Positions 20,568 through 31,855 of a DNA stretch of 38,699 nt are shown piece by piece. The notes beneath the pieces are model-generated. The model made no database searches. It was given only the letters and a program-made list of their open reading frames with translations, and was not told where the DNA came from. The stretch spans positions 1 to 38,699 of the forward strand of contig JBDRBU010000051.1 in the NCBI GenBank assembly GCA_043822305.1, read 5' to 3'. The stretch's first letter is position 1. Each line of letters starts with the position of its first letter. A program made the translations under genes and the position numbers. Source of the stretch: Candidatus Firestoneibacteriota bacterium. GTDB lineage: Bacteria; Oederibacteriota; D2-FULL-39-29; JBDRBU01.

Positions 20568-21961
20568 AAATCTACCTTCTCTCCCAGACTTGGCACATAA
20601 GTTTTAAGTTTTAATTCATCTTTAACATATGAAGCAAAAGAAGTAGAAGATTTTTCTTCACCATGAATAACAAATACTTCCATATTTTTGTTTTTAAAAT
20701 TTGAAACCCATTTTAATAGTTCATCTCTATCGGCATGGCATGAAAAACCACCCAGAGTATAAATTTTTGCTTTAACTGCTATTTCCTCGCCAAATATTTT
20801 AACTACTTTTGCACCATCGACTATTGCCCTCCCCAATGTTCCAGCTGCTTGATAACCAGTAAAAACTACAATGCATTCCTCACGCCATAAATTATGTTTT
20901 AAATGATGTTTAATTCTACCACCGTCACACATTCCACTGGCTGAGATTATAATAGCATTACTTTTGATTCTATTCAATGATTTTGAATCTTCTTGTGATT
21001 TTAGATATTTAAGTATTGGAAAAGAAAATGGATTATCGCCCCTTTTTAACATTTTTTTTGTAGCCATGTCAAAATAATTCATATTATTCTGAAAAATTTC
21101 TGTAGCAGAAATAGCCAGGGGGCTATCCATATAAACAGTAAATCCATTTAGTTTACCACTTCTATACAACTTACTTAATTCATAAACAATCTCTTGAGTT
21201 CTTTCAACGGCAAAAGCAGGAATTATTATATTGCCTTTGTCTCTTTTAGCACTACCTATTGTGGATTCAAATTCTTTTATAGTTTCTTTTCTGCTCTTAT
21301 GTAATCTATCTCCATATGTTGATTCAATAAACAAATAGTCCGCATATGATAATTTAGCCGGGTCACAAATAATTTCTTGACCACGACTTCCTATGTCCCC
21401 TGAAAAAACAAGTTTTGTTTCTTTACTATTATTTTTGCAATATATTTCCACTAGAGAAGAACCAAGAATATGGCCGGCATCCAAAAATTTGACTCTGACC
21501 CCATTTTTTAAATCTATTAACTTATTATATTCAACTGCCTCAAAAAATCCAATACTTTTATTAGCATCTTCTATAGTATATAATGGCTCTAAAAGTGGCA
21601 AACCTGATCTTATTCTCTTTCTGTTTTTCCATTCTAATTCCATACTCTCAACATAAGCAGAATCAGCCAGCATTATTTTACATAAATCTTTTGTTGGCTT
21701 TGTGCCTAAAATTTTTCCTTTAAATCCTTTTTTTGTAAGTTTAGGAATTAATCCACTATGGTCTATATGAGCATGGGTTAAAATCAAATAAGAGATTTCC
21801 GAGGGATTAAACTCAAAATCTAAGTAATTCCTTTGTGTAATATTATTTTCTCCTCTAAACATTCCAAAGTCTATTAATATTTTTGTTTTATTATTAGTTA
21901 AAAGAAACTTAGAACCTGTTACGGTGCGTACTCCACCTAAAAACTGTATTGATAAACTCAT
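20564..21961 (-). CDS. MBL-fold beta-CASP ribonuclease (YSH1-like)
   Basis: LGGVRTVTGS, THAHIDHSG, AGHILGS, ESTYGDR, FSCHAD, HGE. Confidence 0.92.
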   Translation of the reverse strand: MSLSIQFLGGVRTVTGSKFLLTNNKTKILIDFGMFRGENNITQRNYLDFEFNPSEISYLILTHAHIDHSGLIPKLTKKGFKGKILGTKPTKDLCKIMLADSAYVESMELEWKNRKRIRSGLPLLEPLYTIEDANKSIGFFEAVEYNKLIDLKNGVRVKFLDAGHILGSSLVEIYCKNNSKETKLVFSGDIGSRGQEIICDPAKLSYADYLFIESTYGDRLHKSRKETIKEFESTIGSAKRDKGNIIIPAFAVERTQEIVYELSKLYRSGKLNGFTVYMDSPLAISATEIFQNNMNYFDMATKKMLKRGDNPFSFPILKYLKSQEDSKSLNRIKSNAIIISASGMCDGGRIKHHLKHNLWREECIVVFTGYQAAGTLGRAIVDGAKVVKIFGEEIAVKAKIYTLGGFSCHADRDELLKWVSNFKNKNMEVFVIHGEEKSSTSFASYVKDELKLKTYVPSLGEKVDL

Positions 21962-22719
21962 TTATTTTCCCTCCATTTAAAAAACAATGAAATTAAAATC
22001 CCGAATTCATAAAGTAATATTAAAATAGAAGTTAAAATTAACATAGAAAAAGGTGTTGGGTCCGGAGTTACTACAGCAGAAAAAATTGCTATTCCAACAT
22101 ATGCTGGTTTTCTAATACTTTTTAGCTTCTCTGTTGAAATTATCCCAGTGTATGTTAAAAATCCAAGTACAATTGGAAGTTCAAATGGTAAAGAAAAAAT
22201 TAAAAACATCCATAATAAGAAATTAAAAAATTTGCCTATTGTAAATTGTGGAGATGCACCAGTAGATAATCCATATTCTATAAGTATTTTAAATGTTTGA
22301 GGAATTAATAAAAAAAACGAAATACACCCACCTATGGCAAAAAAGACAATTCCACCTAACGAAAACCATGCTATTTGTCTTCTTTTATTTAAAGTAAATG
22401 CAGGAGAAATGAAAGCAAATGTCTGATAGAGAAATAAAGGAATCAAAATTAAAACACTAAGTAAGGCGGAAACTTTCATAGAGACAAAAATTGGCTCAAG
22501 TGGGTCTAAAAAAATAAGTTTTAAACTAAACGGTGACAAAATATTTTTTAAAAAATAATTTTGTAAATATTTAATAATTTGATTTGAAAAAGAATTATGA
22601 AAAGATGGCAGACAGAAAAAGAAAAAAGTAAGTCCCAGAAATGAAGCAATACAAATAATTATTCTTTTTCTAAGTTCCTCTAAATGTTCTACAACTGTTT
22701 GCGATTTATTCGTCATCAT
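21958..22719 (-). CDS. tatC: Twin-arginine translocase subunit TatC
   Basis: EHLEELRKR, FISPA, FELP, AVVTPDP, LYE; start reset to ATG 22719 (or 22716). Confidence 0.92.
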   Translation of the reverse strand: MMTNKSQTVVEHLEELRKRIIICIASFLGLTFFFFCLPSFHNSFSNQIIKYLQNYFLKNILSPFSLKLIFLDPLEPIFVSMKVSALLSVLILIPLFLYQTFAFISPAFTLNKRRQIAWFSLGGIVFFAIGGCISFFLLIPQTFKILIEYGLSTGASPQFTIGKFFNFLLWMFLIFSLPFELPIVLGFLTYTGIISTEKLKSIRKPAYVGIAIFSAVVTPDPTPFSMLILTSILILLYEFGILISLFFKWRENK

Positions 22720-23429
22720 ATAAAGGGGACAGCGACTTTTATTTTTTCTTTTCCTCGAATGTCTCCATCCCAAGGTCTCCCACGTCCAACCAGTTTCAAT
22801 CCTACGCCAATCTTCTTTTCTAATTTCTCTATAAATTCTTCTTTCCCTATCGCTCTGCTCATATTTGTTGCTTTCCTTATATTATGTACAAACTCCTCAC
22901 TATCCTTCTCACTTATAAACTCGTTCCATTCTTTACCATCTATCTTTAAGTATTTCTTTATTCCTAATACATCTATTTCTCCGCAACCTTCTCCAATGTT
23001 GTTCTTTGCACTTGACCACTTCCACTCTATTGTATTCTCTACCATTTTTGCCCTTACAGGATTTCTCTCTACATATCTTGTTGCTTCTTTCAGACAATCC
23101 TCATCTAATATACATGAATAAAATCTCCCCTGCCACAAATGTCCACTTTGCTTCTTTTTTTTGTTATAATACTGCGAATATCTCATATGTACAGTATTGA
23201 ATAGTTTACCAATACTTCTTTCTTCGGTTGGCACTACTACAAAATGAATATGGTTTGACATTAAACAATATGCTATGATTTCAACATTATATTTCTTGCT
23301 GTATTCTTCTATCCATGACAGGTATTGCTTACGGTCTTCATCAGAATCAAATACTTTCTGGCGGTAATTTCCTCGCTGTGTTATGTGGTGTGGCGTTCCA
23401 ACTACTACTACTCGTTTTATTCTTGGCAT
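22716..23429 (-). CDS. REP-associated tyrosine transposase (RAYT; IS200-like Y1/HUH)
   Basis: MPRIKR, HHITQRGN, YCLMSNHIH (HUH), GHLWQGRFYS, YVERNPVRAKMV (catalytic Tyr), WKWSS, terminal GRP. Confidence 0.92.
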   Translation of the reverse strand: MPRIKRVVVVGTPHHITQRGNYRQKVFDSDEDRKQYLSWIEEYSKKYNVEIIAYCLMSNHIHFVVVPTEERSIGKLFNTVHMRYSQYYNKKKKQSGHLWQGRFYSCILDEDCLKEATRYVERNPVRAKMVENTIEWKWSSAKNNIGEGCGEIDVLGIKKYLKIDGKEWNEFISEKDSEEFVHNIRKATNMSRAIGKEEFIEKLEKKIGVGLKLVGRGRPWDGDIRGKEKIKVAVPFI

Positions 23430-23488
23430 ATTTTAATATTATCAAATATCATGTTTATTGTCAATAATAAAAGTCGCTGTCCCCTTTA
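22721..23488 (-). mobile_element. RAYT module bounded by perfect 23-bp inverted repeats
   Basis: TAAAGGGGACAGCGACTTTTATT at 22721-22743 and its exact reverse complement at 23466-23488. Confidence 0.88.
23436..23464 (-). promoter_or_regulatory. Promoter for RAYT, probably leaderless
   Basis: TTGACA-17-TAATAT with TGn; ATG follows 6 nt later; no SD. Confidence 0.65.
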
Positions 23489-26400
23489 AAAATATTCTTG
23501 TAGTGATTTAACTGATAGTTCTCTTTTTAACAGGGATTCTATTCCGTTTACGGCTGCTTGCGCTCCGGATATTGTGGTAATACAAGGGACATTATGAACT
23601 ATGGCTGCTCTTCTTATATAAAACTCATCTGTTTTAGGACCTTTACCGGATGGAGTATTTATGATTAAATTTACTTCTTTATTGCTTATGCAGTCAACTA
23701 TATTTGGCCTGCCTTCTCCTACTTTATTTACCTCACTCACATCAATACTATTTTTTAAAAGAGTTTCACTTGTTCCTCTTGTGGCTAATATCTTAAATCC
23801 CATATCGGCTAACTTCTTAGCGATAAATATTATAGCCCTTTTGTCTTTGTTTTTTACACTTATGAAAACTATCCCTTTTGTAGGCAAGGCAGTACCTGTA
23901 CTTATTTGAGACTTTGCAAAAGCCCGGCCAAAATCAGTATCTATGCCCATAACCTCACCGGTAGATTTCATCTCAGGACCTAAGACTGAATCTGCACCCG
24001 GAAACTTAACAAATGGAAGAACAGATTCTTTCACAGCAATATGTTTTATTTCAACTTCTTTATCTATTCCCAGATCTTTTAATTTTCTACCCGCCATTAC
24101 TCTGGCCGCAACTTTTGCCCAAGCAATTCCAGTGGCTTTACTTACAAATGGAACAGTTCTTGATGCACGAGGATTAACTTCAAGTACATATATAATATCT
24201 CCTTTAACAGCATATTGAATATTCATCAGCCCTACTACTTTAAGTTCTCTGGCCAGAGAATAAGTATATTTTTTAATAGTCTCTATTTGAGTTTCCGAAA
24301 GAGAATAAGGTGGAATAACACAGGCACTATCACCGGAATGAATTCCAGCCTCTTCAATATGTTCCATAATTCCACAAATAACGGTTTTTCTACCATCTGA
24401 GACCGCATCAACATCTATCTCACCTGCATCTTCAAGAAATTTGTCAATAAGAACTGGATGGTCGCCTGAAACAATTAATGCTGATTTTATAAAATTTTCC
24501 AATTCGGATTCATCATATACTATTTCCATGGCCCGGCCGCCTAAAACATATGACGGTCTAACTAAAACTGGATAACCAATTATCTTAGCTACTTTAACTG
24601 CATCTTTTACTGATCTAGCCGTTCCATTCTCAGTTTGTGGTATTTTTAATTTATTTAAAAGATTACCAAACAATTTTCTGTCCTCAGCCATATCAATATT
24701 TTTTGGTGATGTTCCTATAATTTTCACACCTTCTTTCTCAAGTGGAATTGCAAGTTTTAAAGGAGTTTGCCCACCAAACTGAACAATTACTCCATCCGGT
24801 TTCTCGCGAAATAAGACATGCAAAGTATCCTCTAATGTTAATGGCTCAAAATATAATCTATCCGAAGTATCGTAATCAGTACTAACTGTCTCCGGGTTAC
24901 AGTTAATCATAATAACTTCATATCCATCTTCTTTAAGTGCAAAAGCAGCATGAACACAACAGTAATCAAATTCTATACCCTGTCCTATTCTATTTGGGCC
25001 ACCACCTAATATGGCTATCTTTTTTCTTTTAGTAGGTAATGCTTCATCTTCTTCTTCGTAAGTAGAATACAGGTATGGTGTATATGCTTCGAATTCTGCA
25101 GCACAGGTATCAACCATTTTATAAACTGGCAAAATATTATGTTTAAATCTAAATTTCCTGACTTTTTCTTCTGTCTGATTAAGTAACTTTGCTAAAAACT
25201 TATCAGAAAATCCATATCTTTTTGCTTCTTTAATAATATTTACAAGTTCTTTTGATTTATTTTTATGTTTATATTTTACTATTTTTTCTTCCATCTCCAC
25301 AATCTCTTTAATATTATACAAAAACCATCTGTCTATTTTTGACAACTCAAAAATTTCATCTAAGGTGAGTTTTGCTTTAAAACCTTCTCTTATATAATAA
25401 ATTCTTTCCCAGTTTGGCACTATTAACTTATTTTTAATTTCTAATAAAGTTGGCTTAAGATCATCTTTGTCTAAACCATACTTATCAATTTCTAACGACC
25501 TGATTGCTTTTTGAAACGACTCTTTAAAGGTTCTACCTATAGCCATAACCTCTCCAACTGATTTCATCTGTGTATTTAAAACTTCATCCGTTCCTGGAAA
25601 TTTTTCAAAAGCCCATCTTGGAATTTTAGTTACGACATAATCTAGAGCAGGTTCAAAAGAAGCATATGTATATTTAGTAATATCGTTTGGTATTTCATCC
25701 AGGGTATAGCCAACAGCAAGTTTTGCGGCAATCTTTGCTATTGGAAAACCTGTTGCTTTTGAAGCTAAAGCAGAACTACGAGAAACTCTTGGATTCATTT
25801 CAATTACTACAACTTTTCCATTGTCGGGATTAACTGCAAACTGGATATTTGAGCCACCAGTATCAACACCAATTTCTCTCATAATGGACATAGATGCATC
25901 TCTTAAAACTTGATACTCTTTATCAGTTAAAGTTTGCGCTGGAGCAACTGTAATACTATCTCCAGTGTGAATTCCCATAGGGTCAAAGTTTTCTATTGAA
26001 CAGATGATAACAACATTGTCTTTTAAATCACGCATTACTTCCAGTTCGTACTCTTTCCAACCAATAACTGACTGCTCTAAAAGAACCTGTTTAATTAAAC
26101 TTGCTTCAATTCCAATTCTTGCTTTCTCTTTTAATTCTTCTAAATTATAGGCAATACTTCCTCCTGTTCCACCTAAAGTAAAAGATGGACGGATAATAAG
26201 CGGAAATCCAAGTTCTTTTGATATATGAATAGCCTCTTCAACACTATATGCAGGAAAACTATTTGGGACAGATAAACCTATTTTTTGCATTGCCTCTTTA
26301 AAAAGGATTCTATCTTCTGCTTTCTTTATAGCGGATAGTTTTGCCCCAATTAATTCGACATTATAATAAGAAAGGATCCCTTTTTCGGCTAATTCTACTG

Positions 26401-26695
26401 AAACATTCAATCCTGTTTGACCGCCAATGGTAGGTAGTAAAGCATTTGGCCTTTCTCTTTCTATGATTTTTCCTACTATATCTGAAGTAACAGGTTCAAT
26501 ATAAGTTTTATCTGCAAATTCGGGGTCAGTCATTATTGTGGCAGGATTACTATTTACGAGGACAACCTCATAACCTTCTTCTTTTAATGATTTACATGCT
26601 TGGGTGCCTGAATAATCAAATTCACACGCTTGTCCAATGACAATTGGACCAGAGCCAATCAACAAAATCTTCTTTATGTCTTTTCTCTTGGGCAT
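23486..26695 (-). CDS. carB: Carbamoyl-phosphate synthase large subunit
   Basis: [30 protein letters not shown], two ATP-grasp halves, MGS domain. Confidence 0.99.
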   Translation of the reverse strand: MPKRKDIKKILLIGSGPIVIGQACEFDYSGTQACKSLKEEGYEVVLVNSNPATIMTDPEFADKTYIEPVTSDIVGKIIERERPNALLPTIGGQTGLNVSVELAEKGILSYYNVELIGAKLSAIKKAEDRILFKEAMQKIGLSVPNSFPAYSVEEAIHISKELGFPLIIRPSFTLGGTGGSIAYNLEELKEKARIGIEASLIKQVLLEQSVIGWKEYELEVMRDLKDNVVIICSIENFDPMGIHTGDSITVAPAQTLTDKEYQVLRDASMSIMREIGVDTGGSNIQFAVNPDNGKVVVIEMNPRVSRSSALASKATGFPIAKIAAKLAVGYTLDEIPNDITKYTYASFEPALDYVVTKIPRWAFEKFPGTDEVLNTQMKSVGEVMAIGRTFKESFQKAIRSLEIDKYGLDKDDLKPTLLEIKNKLIVPNWERIYYIREGFKAKLTLDEIFELSKIDRWFLYNIKEIVEMEEKIVKYKHKNKSKELVNIIKEAKRYGFSDKFLAKLLNQTEEKVRKFRFKHNILPVYKMVDTCAAEFEAYTPYLYSTYEEEDEALPTKRKKIAILGGGPNRIGQGIEFDYCCVHAAFALKEDGYEVIMINCNPETVSTDYDTSDRLYFEPLTLEDTLHVLFREKPDGVIVQFGGQTPLKLAIPLEKEGVKIIGTSPKNIDMAEDRKLFGNLLNKLKIPQTENGTARSVKDAVKVAKIIGYPVLVRPSYVLGGRAMEIVYDESELENFIKSALIVSGDHPVLIDKFLEDAGEIDVDAVSDGRKTVICGIMEHIEEAGIHSGDSACVIPPYSLSETQIETIKKYTYSLARELKVVGLMNIQYAVKGDIIYVLEVNPRASRTVPFVSKATGIAWAKVAARVMAGRKLKDLGIDKEVEIKHIAVKESVLPFVKFPGADSVLGPEMKSTGEVMGIDTDFGRAFAKSQISTGTALPTKGIVFISVKNKDKRAIIFIAKKLADMGFKILATRGTSETLLKNSIDVSEVNKVGEGRPNIVDCISNKEVNLIINTPSGKGPKTDEFYIRRAAIVHNVPCITTISGAQAAVNGIESLLKRELSVKSLQEYF

Positions 26696-26702
26696 AACAC
26701 CC

Positions 26703-27449
26703 TTATTTGGTAATTTCCTCTATAGGTACCACTGGAACTTCTTTAGTAGTTTCTACTGCTGGTGCTTCTGGTGTAACTACAATAATTTCTGATTTTACTT
26801 CTGGAGTAACCAAACCTGCTTCCGGTGTTATCTCTGGAGTAACCTCTTTAATTGGAACTTTAACTTCCTCAGTCGTAGGTGAAATTGGTTTTTTAATTTT
26901 TGCTGGTTTTTTTGGAGGCTTAGGTTTCGGGTTTTTAACTATTATAGCCACGGGTTTAGGATTAAATTTTCCAGGATCTTTCATAAATTCTATTTTGTGA
27001 GTATTGCTGCAAAAGAAATATGCCCTTCCTTCATATCTTGCTTCCTGAAAAAATTGTGTTCCACGACCTCTTTTCTTTTCTTGAGTACCACATACCTGAC
27101 ATGTTAAAATATCTCTTACATATTTCCATGATTGACCTGCTGCCTGAAACTTCATTTTTGCCTCTTCATTTAAAAAGTAATAAACAGTCCCTTCTTTTGA
27201 TACAATGAACGGCGTTTTATCTGTAACTTCTAAAGGAGACCCAGTTACAGCACATACAGTTTTAGCCGGTCTTTTAATAACTTCTTTAAAGGATATATCA
27301 GGCAGAACAGGTTTAACTGCTTCTTGAGTAATAACTTCGACTGGAGGAGTAATTTCCGGTGTAACGCTAACTTTTGGGGCGACAACCTCCTGACTATAAA
27401 CATTACTTACAATCAAAATACTTATAACAACCACTATAACTTTTAACAT
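26703..27449 (-). CDS. Secreted protein with two YHS/TRASH-like domains and Pro/Glu/Thr-rich linkers
   Basis: Signal peptide; CAVTG...YYF..EE.K.KF and CQVCG...[16 protein letters not shown]; repeated TPE motifs. Confidence 0.7.
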   Translation of the reverse strand: MLKVIVVVISILIVSNVYSQEVVAPKVSVTPEITPPVEVITQEAVKPVLPDISFKEVIKRPAKTVCAVTGSPLEVTDKTPFIVSKEGTVYYFLNEEAKMKFQAAGQSWKYVRDILTCQVCGTQEKKRGRGTQFFQEARYEGRAYFFCSNTHKIEFMKDPGKFNPKPVAIIVKNPKPKPPKKPAKIKKPISPTTEEVKVPIKEVTPEITPEAGLVTPEVKSEIIVVTPEAPAVETTKEVPVVPIEEITK

Positions 27450-27528
27450 AACTACCTCCTCTTTCCATCTACGGAAAATTTATTTAATATTATTACATAA
27501 ATTTAATTAAAAGTCAATACAATTTTTG

Positions 27529-27557
27529 TTGAAATTACATAATTAAAATGTTAAAAT
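27529..27557 (+). promoter_or_regulatory. Promoter for tRNA-Leu
   Basis: TTGAAA-17-TAAAAT with TGn. Confidence 0.55.
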
Positions 27558-27579
27558 TTTTATACTTACTACTAAACTT

Positions 27580-27666
27580 GCCGGAGTGGTGGAACTGGTA
27601 GACGCAGAGGACTCAAAATCCTCCGTCCGCAAGGGCATGAGAGTTCAAGTCTCTCCTCCGGCACCA
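27580..27666 (+). tRNA. tRNA-Leu(CAA)
   Basis: GCCGGAGTGGTGGAACTGGTAGAC, anticodon arm GAGGA-CTCAAAA-TCCTC, long variable arm, encoded CCA; 87 nt. Confidence 0.97.
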
Positions 27667-27668
27667 TT

Positions 27669-27694
27669 AAAAATAAAAGTCGCTGTCCCCTTTA
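27669..27694 (-). repeat. Family-A motif, solo copy
   Basis: Minus strand TAAAGGGGACAGCGACTTTTATTTTT; its TAA is the metW stop; ends 2 nt from the tRNA 3' end. Confidence 0.9.
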
Positions 27695-28279
27695 TTGCCC
27701 TATTATAAAAATTGCTTGTTCTGCAAAAAAATTCGGTACGAATTTCACTACTTTTCTACCAGTAAAACCAATAAACTCATCTATAACAATCTTTTCTATT
27801 TTACAGAAATCCATAAAATCTTTTATGGTAAAATAATGCAAGTTTGGAGTTTCATCCCATCTATATGGTAAAGCTTTGGTCTGTGGTGTCTTTCCTAATA
27901 AACCGATATAGTACCTTACTAAATGAAATGCAAAATTGGGGAAAGATACTATGACTTTATTCCCAACTCTTAAGGCCTCATGTATCACTTCCTTTGGATT
28001 TTTAGTTTCCTGTAATGTAAAATTAAGTATAACATAATTGAAAAATTTATCTGGAAAATCCTGCAAACCTTCATCTAGATCAGCATGCTCTACGGTAACA
28101 TCTTTTTCAACACATTCATAAATCATTTTTTCATCATTTTCAATACCGACACCCTTCACATTATTTTTCTCTTTAAGTAATCTTAAAAGTTCGCCATCTC
28201 CACAACCTAAATCAAGAACTTTTGAATCTCTTTCTATAATTTTAAGTATTATTTCATAATCAAATCTTTTATTTGCCAT
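27692..28279 (-). CDS. metW: Methionine biosynthesis protein MetW
   Basis: VLDLGCGDGELL, IVSFPNF, LPYRWDETPNLH; follows metX. Confidence 0.93.
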   Translation of the reverse strand: MANKRFDYEIILKIIERDSKVLDLGCGDGELLRLLKEKNNVKGVGIENDEKMIYECVEKDVTVEHADLDEGLQDFPDKFFNYVILNFTLQETKNPKEVIHEALRVGNKVIVSFPNFAFHLVRYYIGLLGKTPQTKALPYRWDETPNLHYFTIKDFMDFCKIEKIVIDEFIGFTGRKVVKFVPNFFAEQAIFIIGQ

Positions 28280-29423
28280 TTTTTAACCCCTGATACGCAT
28301 TATTTAAAAAGTGACGAACAAGCGATTCCTGTTCTTCGTTTTTTATAAGAAAAGCATCGTGGCCATATGTGGATGATATTTCGCAGTAGGTAACATTAAC
28401 TAATGAATATTTCAAAACTTTAACAATTTCTTTGGACTGATATGTCGGATATAGCCAATCATGAGAATATGAGACAACCAAAAATTTTGTTTTTATTCCA
28501 CTAAATCGTTTTATAATATCTTTATTATCTCCCAAATTAAAATAATCTATGGCTCTGGTAATATAAAGATATGAATTAGCATCAAACCTTTGGACAAAAC
28601 TTTCGCCTCTATACTTTAAATATTCTCCAACTTCAAATCCTGTATCTAAATCAAAATCATAATTTTCATTACTTTTTAATTTCCGGCCAAACTTCTCTTT
28701 CATAGAAATATCACTCATATATGTTATATGCCCGAGCATTCTGGCTATAGAAAGACCGTTTGTTGGAAACCCTTTTTCATAATAATCACCATCATACCAA
28801 GCCGGGTCACCGGTAATAGCCCTTCTTCCTACTTCATTAAATGCAATCTGTTGGGGAGTATGCCTGAAAGTTGTAGCCATCGGTAAAGCCGTAACCACTT
28901 TATTTGGATAAGAATATACCCATTGTAAAACCTGCATACCACCCATTGAACCACCGGCGACACAAAATATCTTTTCAATCTTTAAATAATCAATAAGTTT
29001 TACCTGTGCTTCTATCATGTCTTTTATTGTTATTGAAGGGAAATTAACTCCATAAACTTTTCCAGTTTTAGGATTTATTGAACAAGGTCCAGTTGAACCT
29101 TTACAACCGCCAATGACATTTACACAGATAATAAAATATTTATTTGTATCAAATGGTTTATTTGGTCCTACCATAAATTCCCACCAACCCGTCTTTTCAG
29201 TTTCAGTGCTTATTCCCGCAACATGCGCGTCACCGCTTAAAGCGTGACAGACAAGAATTACATTGTCTCTTTCTTTGGACAAATTACCGTAAGTTTCATA
29301 TGCAATTGTTACCGAAGAAAGAGTTTCGCCACTGTCTAAAATAAGCGAATCAAAAGAAAAATATTTTACTTCAGATACACCAAGTGGACTTTCTTCTATT
29401 TTTTTAATATCTTTGTCATTCAT
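28269..29423 (-). CDS. metX: Homoserine O-acetyltransferase
   Basis: VCHALSGDAH, GGSMGGMQ, RFDANSY, YGHDAFL. Confidence 0.96.
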   Translation of the reverse strand: MNDKDIKKIEESPLGVSEVKYFSFDSLILDSGETLSSVTIAYETYGNLSKERDNVILVCHALSGDAHVAGISTETEKTGWWEFMVGPNKPFDTNKYFIICVNVIGGCKGSTGPCSINPKTGKVYGVNFPSITIKDMIEAQVKLIDYLKIEKIFCVAGGSMGGMQVLQWVYSYPNKVVTALPMATTFRHTPQQIAFNEVGRRAITGDPAWYDGDYYEKGFPTNGLSIARMLGHITYMSDISMKEKFGRKLKSNENYDFDLDTGFEVGEYLKYRGESFVQRFDANSYLYITRAIDYFNLGDNKDIIKRFSGIKTKFLVVSYSHDWLYPTYQSKEIVKVLKYSLVNVTYCEISSTYGHDAFLIKNEEQESLVRHFLNNAYQGLKNGK

Positions 29424-29425
29424 TT

Positions 29426-30762
<1,337 letters not shown>

Positions 30763-31704
30763 TTATTTACTAATCATATACTCCTGAAACAGCCATGTTG
30801 ACAAATACCTTTCTCCTGTATCAGGTAAAATAACAACAATAAGTTTACCATTACTTTCTGGTCTTTGCCCTACTTCAATTGATGCCCATAAAGCAGCACC
30901 AGATGAAATCCCAGCTAAAATTCCTTCTTCTTTTGCAAGTCGTCTAACAGTATCACCAGCATCTTCATTACTTACTTTTATTATTTCATCAATGACTTTA
31001 AGATTTAAAACATCCGGGATAAAACCTGCTCCAATCCCTTGTATTTTATGAGAACCTGATTTTCCTCCAGAAAGAACTGGTGAATCTTCTGGCTCAACAG
31101 CAATGGCCTTAAAAGAAGGTTTTCTTTTTTTTATTACTTCAGCCACACCAGTAATTGTTCCACCTGTTCCAACACCAGCAACGAGAATATCAACCAGACC
31201 ATCAGTATCATTCCATATTTCTTCTGCTGTTGTCTTTCTATGAATTTCTGGGTTTGATTCATTTTTGAATTGCTGTGGGATAAAACTATTACTATATTTT
31301 TTGGCTAATTCTTCTGCTTTGTCTATGGCCCCTTTCATCCCTTTAGTTCCATCTGTTAAGACTACTTCTGCACCAAAAATACGAAGCAATGCTCTTCTTT
31401 CAATACTCATTGTATCAGACATGGTTAAGATTAATTTATAACCTCTTGAGGCACACACAAAAGCAAGGGCTATGCCTGTATTTCCACTTGTTGGCTCAAT
31501 TATTACTGTGTTTTTATTTATTAAACCTTTTTTCTCTGCATCCTCTATCATGGCTACACCAATTCTATCTTTTACGCTTGATAAAGGATTAAAACTTTCT
31601 AATTTACATAAAATTTCAGATTTTAACCCTTTGGTTATGTTGTTAAGACGAACAAGTGGTGTATTACCTATTGTCTTTGTTATATCTTTATAAATTTTTA
31701 CCAT
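30763..31704 (-). CDS. cysK: Cysteine synthase A
   Basis: [44 protein letters not shown]. Confidence 0.97.
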   Translation of the reverse strand: MVKIYKDITKTIGNTPLVRLNNITKGLKSEILCKLESFNPLSSVKDRIGVAMIEDAEKKGLINKNTVIIEPTSGNTGIALAFVCASRGYKLILTMSDTMSIERRALLRIFGAEVVLTDGTKGMKGAIDKAEELAKKYSNSFIPQQFKNESNPEIHRKTTAEEIWNDTDGLVDILVAGVGTGGTITGVAEVIKKRKPSFKAIAVEPEDSPVLSGGKSGSHKIQGIGAGFIPDVLNLKVIDEIIKVSNEDAGDTVRRLAKEEGILAGISSGAALWASIEVGQRPESNGKLIVVILPDTGERYLSTWLFQEYMISK

Positions 31705-31738
31705 TATGTATTATACATAAAACAGGTGGTTTCGTCAA
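31704..31738 (-). promoter_or_regulatory. cysK-met operon promoter with overlapping 17-bp palindrome
   Basis: TTGACG-17-TATAAT (31738-31710), ATG 5 nt later; palindrome TTATGTAT-T-ATACATAA at 31704-31720. Confidence 0.72.
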
Positions 31739-31833
31739 GGAGAAAATCCTTCGTAAATATTCAGTGAAAGCCGGCGTTATTTTTCTATTTGGCTATTTGG
31801 AGTGCATTGACGGTGTCAATGTATGGCCAGTGT

Positions 31834-31855
31834 AAAATAGTGTCTGTCCCTATTT
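31834..31855 (-). repeat. Family-A variant hairpin
   Basis: Minus strand AAATAG-GGACAGACA-CTATTTT; its TAG is the stop of the PorV-like gene. Confidence 0.7.

Noticed and set aside
22720..22773. N-terminal extension of TatC
   Set aside because: It overlaps the RAYT 3' end and terminal repeat; TatC similarity begins at MTNKSQTVVEHLEEL.
22716..23488. IS200/IS605 element with TnpB or an RNA guide
   Set aside because: No tnpB/iscB and no space for an omega RNA; the protein motifs fit the RAYT group.
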